A stretch of DNA of 63,649 nt, filler included, from Asterionella formosa (lineage: Eukaryota), in assembly GCA_002256025.1 (NCBI GenBank). It is 21 parts of 21 records of this genome, joined end to end, with 100 filler letters (N's around TTAATTAATTAA, not from the genome) between each part and the next. Parts side by side here need not be neighbours in the genome. Positions count along the whole stretch, not along the records: positions 58,541 to 59,743 come from NKIB01003704.1; positions 59,844 to 61,045 come from NKIB01003706.1; positions 61,146 to 62,347 come from NKIB01003708.1; positions 62,448 to 63,649 come from NKIB01003709.1; 17 more parts are not named here. One strand, written 5' to 3'. The notes beneath the pieces were generated by a model. The model was not told the DNA's origin. It saw only the letters and a program-made list of their open reading frames with translations, and did not search any database. Each line of letters opens with the position of its first letter. Position 1 is the stretch's first letter. A program made the translations under genes and the position numbers. This document shows positions 58,541 to 63,649 of this stretch, piece after piece.

Positions 58541-59743
58541 ATGACTACACGACTATATTTGGAAAGGAACCAAAGAAAGCCTCAACGCCGGGATTCCCGG
58601 GAACGGTCCTAAGTAAGAACCGAGGAGAGACGATCAAGAATAAGGAATATCGCTCCCTCGTTGGAAAAATACTTTACTTCGTGAAGAAAATATCGCCAGT
58701 ATGCGCCAACGCATGTCGTGAATTGTCACAGCACCTCGACAACCCAGGCGAAACGCACTGGCAAGCATTGGAACGCCTACTCGGGTATTTGTGTCTACAT
58801 GGGGACATTGCATGCAGAATGAAACTACGTGCGCCCAACGAGCTACGTATACAAGATGTCGTGGACAGCGCCTTCGCCTCTAATCCTGATACACGAAAAA
58901 GTGTCAGCGGTTATTTAGGCACGATCGGAGGGTGCGCCCTAATTCACTGGATATCAAAAGGACAGGATATCGTAACGCAATCAAGCACCGAGTGTGAATA
59001 TGTCGCACTCAGTAACGGCTCAAAGGAAACTGTCTTCGGAACGAATCTACTGGGCGAAATAACCACTATCGTGATGCCTAGTCTAATGGGTGAGGACAAT
59101 ACCGGTGCGATTTATTTAACGAAAAATCATCAGGTCGGGGCACGTACAAAACACATCGACGTTAGATACCACTATGTACGAGAACAAGTCGAAAACGGAA
59201 CGATTAAGGTTGACTACGTCAATACGGAAAAGAATCCAGCAGATGTTCTAACTAAAAATGTCACGGACAAGATTATGAACATGCACGGATATGCGATCCA
59301 AAACGGGATGATGGATTGTTGGAACAAGGAGAGTGTTAAAGTGAGCTCATCTACGTAGTTAGGACTCGGAGTCAAACGAGTCAAACGATTCGAATGAGTC
59401 CACTTTGATGTACCAAGCTCTCATCAACCACACATTATACTTTGCTACTCCGACTATAATGAGCCGGACAACATAAGCTATTTCGGAAGACCGATAGTTT
59501 GAAATGAATGATCATGGTTAAATACCTATGATCAGTAAGTGTGAGATAGACATGGGTCTATCTATGATTGTATGTTCCTAGAAATGCAAACAGCATTTGG
59601 AGAATAGTTCGTTTGTTTTGTTCAAACAGAACAACCTAAACTAGATTAGTAAACTCACAATAAGAATATAGAAACGGAAAGAGAAACGAACGTCTCTATC
59701 TATAGTCTTCTTTGTCTAACGATATAGATCTATACAAAAGGTA
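58541..59743 (+). mobile_element. Copia 3' end: RT tail, RNase H, polypurine tract (59321-59333) and 3' LTR from 59334
   Basis: VVDSAFA..DTRKS, SSTECEYVA, EDNTGAI, RTKHIDVRYHY and NPADVLTK motifs; GGAACAAGGAGAG|TGTTAAAG. The ORF stops inside the LTR at 59358. Confidence 0.95.
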
Positions 59744-61145
59744 NNNNNNNNNNNNNNNNNNNNNNNNNNNNNNNNNNNNNNNNNNNNTTAATTAATTAAN
59801 NNNNNNNNNNNNNNNNNNNNNNNNNNNNNNNNNNNNNNNNNNNATAATAGCGGAGCGTTTCAAGTGAGAAGAGAGGTGCTTGATAGGTCGACATACGTTC
59901 CTCCTGGTGATACGCTGTTGCAAAGACGGACAGAATTGAAGCTCGCGATCCTCAGTGTTCAAGTTTGCCATCAAGGACACTATGTACAATTCTACGTGAA
60001 GACTAACTGAAGGATATGTGCTTCAAAGATACAACAAGGAATGTAGAATGTCCATCTCAAAAGGCACGCAGGAAAATGGGTTATGATACTTTGCAACGAC
60101 ATGATTCCTTTTTTTGGCGAAGCGGACCATCATATGTATATAAAACATATGGACATCATCATTATACATATGTAGTACTTATTACCCGGTACCTTGTAGG
60201 TCCAGGGTACCTACCGGTAGCAGTAAGACATCATGCGGTGAACGAGTGGCTGTGTGTCACAGTAGAAAAAGCAAATTGCTTTCAATCGACTGAATCAGAT
60301 TTTGAACGACCCGAAAGCACAACTAGCTATGGTACTGGTACATACTTTTTGCACGTTGCTTTGCTGTTTGCCTTGGCTGTTTCCTGTATTGCACTACCGG
60401 TAGTTTACTAGACAGTGTATACATCATGTAGGTACCGGTACTCCACTTATCATGTATCCGAGGAGGGTAACATTCCGGCAAAACCTTACCGGTATCATTG
60501 TGGAGAGGTACACGTGAGAATAAAAATGATTCTGTTTTTTATGTTTCCAGCACAATGGATCATGAGGAGGACCAAAACCTCCTCTACTAAAAAAACTCAG
60601 GATGTGTCTTGAAAAACCTTGTGAGTTTGTCCCAGCAACGAAGGTTTGGTGAAGCGCCAACTTTTGTCAATTCTCCTTCTGTGAGTCAGTAATGCCTACC
60701 GGTAACCGGTATACCGGTAGTAGAATCATAACGGGGAGTACCCGGTGCTCTATGTAAAATAACACCGGTATAAAACTAAGATAATGGTGGAATTCTACAA
60801 CGAATACCGGGATACTGGGTTCGTGCGTACCAATACACCGATATCATTGTTTTCAAACCAACAGCACATCTCAACATTTGAAGTTCATCACAATCAAACA
60901 AAGAAACATAGAACAATATATTAATGCCGTCGACACTGCTAACTACCTCGAGCAGCAAGCTCCTTCAGCGAATTGGAAAACGAGCGAATTTATTTGGTAG
61001 CCGTCACGCTTTCTCCAACGAGCAGCGATTATTCTCCACGGAAGGNNNNNNNNNNNNNNNNNNNNNNNNNNNNNNNNNNNNNNNNNNNNTTAATTAATTA
61101 ANNNNNNNNNNNNNNNNNNNNNNNNNNNNNNNNNNNNNNNNNNNN

Positions 61146-62347
61146 CCGTTCCATCATCGGGATCACCTTGCTTCGGAACTGACACATACGTGTTCACTCC
61201 ATCCACTTTGGCTCCTGCTACTCCAGCTCCTGTCACACCTCCCCCCGTCACACCTGCTCCTGTCACTCCAGCGCCAGTCCCAACGATGAACAAGACGCCG
61301 GCTCCGGTCACGCCAGCTCCAGTGACACAACCTCCGGTTACTACACCTCCTATCCCTACGATAAATAAGACACCGGCACCAATAATTCCTTCAGCTCCTG
61401 TCCCATCAGCACCAGTTCCAACAGCCCCAGCAGTTCCGTCAGCTCCTGTACCTTCTGCGCCAGTTCCAACAGCACCAGCAGTCCCATCAGCCCCTGTCCC
61501 CACCATAAATAAGACACCAGCTCCAGTACCCCCTTCATCACCCCTTGCGCCCTCTCCTGTACCTGTCACTCAGCGCCCAACTATTCCAGCTGGTTCCGAA
61601 CCTTCTCCTTCTCCTTCAGGTGTCTGCTTTGCAGAGGTAAGTTCATTTACCAAAAACAAGGATGCTCATAATCTTCTTTGTCCAATTCAAATTATTCTAA
61701 CTCTCCTTACTTGTCGCTATTTCAGGTCTCCGTAACTTGCGTTGGTCCTGACAATACTGAGTGCGCCGCAATCCCACCACCAGCGACCGAAACTGACTGC
61801 ATGGTTGAGGTGACGTACACATATGTCATCACCAACACCGGATCGTCGGCAATGGACCTTACAAACCTTACAAGCACGCACAATGGTGTCACAGTCTCAT
61901 TGGTCGGGTCTCTCGATGTTACTTCACTCCAACCCGGAGAATCAGTCACTGTCACTGAGACAAAGACAATTGATTTGTGCAGTGGTTCGTCATTCACTAC
62001 TGACGTTTCTGTGGAAGCCGTTCCATCATCGGGATCACCTTGCTTCGGAACTGACACATACGTGTTCACTCCATCCACTTTGGCTCCTGCTACTCCAGCT
62101 CCTGTCACACCTCCCCCCGTCACACCTGCTCCTGTCACTCCAGCCCCTGTCACACCTGCTCCACAAATGCCTAAAACTCCAGCTCCCGTCACCCTAGCAC
62201 CCGTTGGTGTCTGCTTTGTCGAGGTAAGAAAGCGCACTGAATTCCTTTTCTTGAAATTGTGAAGTTTTCCTTATTAATTAGCATTGCCCTAACTTCTTTT
62301 TCCTCTTTTTCTTCAGGTCTCCGTCACTTGCGTTGGTCCTGACAATA
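61146..62347 (+). CDS. Internal fragment of a large Pro/Thr-rich mucin-like extracellular protein with repeated Cys-containing beta-rich domains; introns 61637-61725 and 62224-62316
   Basis: PVTPA/PTA linkers alternate with the domain CF.EV|SVTCVGPDN...VTYTYVITNTG...LQPGES...IDLC...PC..TDTYVF. Both GT-AG introns are phase 0 at the same repeat position. Confidence 0.85.
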
Positions 62348-62447
62348 NNNNNNNNNNNNNNNNNNNNNNNNNNNNNNNNNNNNNNNNNNNNTTAATTAAT
62401 TAANNNNNNNNNNNNNNNNNNNNNNNNNNNNNNNNNNNNNNNNNNNN

Positions 62448-63649
62448 TACCTTTTGTATAGATCTATATCGTTAGACAAAGAAGACTATAGATAGAGACG
62501 TTCGTTTCTCTTTCCGTTTCTATATTCTTATTGTGAGTTTACTAATCTAGTTTAGGTTGTTCTGTTTGAACAAACAAACGAACTTTTCTCCAAATGCTGT
62601 TTGCATTTCTAGATACATACAATCATAGATAGACCCATGTCTATCTCACACTTACTGATCATAGGTATTTAACCATGATCATTCATTTCAAACTATCGGT
62701 CTTCCGAAATAGCTTATATTGTCCGGCTCATTATATTCGGAGTAGCAAAGTATAATGTGTGGTTGATGAGAGCTTGGTACATCAAAGTGGACTCATTCGA
62801 ATCGTTTGACTCGTTTGACTCCGAGTCCTAACTACGTAGATGAGCTCACTTTAACACTCTCCTTGTTCCAACAATCCATCATCCCGTTTTGGATCGCATA
62901 TCCGTGCATGTTCATAATCTTGTCCGTGACATTTTTAGTTAGAACATCTGCTGGATTCTTTTCCGTATTGACGTAGTCAACCTTAATCGTTCCGTTTTCG
63001 ACTTGTTCTCGTACATAGTGGTATCTAATGTCGATGTGTTTTGTACGTGCCCCGACCTGATGATTTTTCGTTAAATAAATCGCACCGGTATTGTCCTCAC
63101 CCATTAGACTAGGCATCACGATAGTGGTTATTTCGCCCAGTAGATTCGTTGCGAAGACAGTTTCCTTTGAGCCGTTACTGAGTGCGACATATTCACACTC
63201 GGTACTTGATTGCGTTACGATATCCTGTCCTTTTGATATCCAGTGAATTAGGGCGCACCCTCCGATCGTGCCTAAATAACCGCTGACACTTTTTCGTGTA
63301 TCAGGATTAGAGGCGAAGGCGCTGTCCACAACATCTTGTATACGTAGCTCGTTGGGCGCACGTAGTTTCATTCTGCATGCAATGTCCCCATGTAGACACA
63401 AATACCCGAGTAGGCGTTCCAATGCTTGCCAGTGCGTTTCGCCTGGGTTGTCGAGGTGCTGTGACAATTCACGACATGCGTTGGCGCATACTGGCGATAT
63501 TTTCTTCACGAAGTAAAGTATTTTTCCAACGAGGGAGCGATATTCCTTATTCTTGATCGTCTCTCCTCGGTTCTTACTTAGGACCGTTCCCGGGAATCCC
63601 GGCGTTGAGGCTTTCTTTGGTTCCTTTCCAAATATAGTCGTGTAGTCAT
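62448..63649 (-). mobile_element. Second copy of the Copia 3' end (RNase H plus LTR 62448-62856)
   Basis: Reverse complement of 58541-59743 with few substitutions (G/A and V/I in RNase H). Confidence 0.95.

Noticed and set aside
59844..61045. Contig with several 60-130 aa ORFs
   Set aside because: No coherent protein signal; looks intergenic and is rich in ACCGGT/GTAC words already reported.

Overview
This is eukaryotic nuclear DNA, most likely from a diatom: it has short GT-AG introns, bipartite plastid-targeting peptides, a DUF6824 gene, a PGRL1 fragment and diatom-type Copia elements. It is not one locus. It is 21 assembly pieces joined by an artificial 100-nt spacer (N44-TTAATTAATTAA-N44): two ~19.4 kb scaffolds (9137-28526, 35147-54530) and nineteen ~1.2 kb contigs. 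Three contig pairs are near-duplicates. Recognisable genes include poly(A)-binding protein, organellar CysRS, a PfkB kinase, eIF3j, a cysteine synthase-like protein, a PPR protein, a ZnF/PHD protein, a TPR-DUSP-MYND-USP deubiquitinase, a probable CENP-K and a galectin-RRM fusion. Mobile DNA includes Ty1/Copia elements (near-complete copy, two 3' ends, a solo LTR), a decayed Gypsy integrase and DNA-transposon relics. The best candidates for something undescribed are: (1) a ~530-nt intergenic element (21630-22157) made of a tRNA-like Pol III head followed by a ~445-nt extensively base-paired multibranch RNA domain; (2) a ~2 kb non-coding repeat family seen in 5 pieces, whose ~180-nt hairpin is intact, flipped or deleted in different copies; (3) Copia LTRs inserted head-to-head ~140 bp upstream of genes, one with a palindrome where the tRNA primer-binding site should be; (4) a frameshifted giant-virus/cyanobacterial-type ORF missed by the ORF track. 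All alignments and folds were done by eye, and family assignments come from motif recognition, not database searches.
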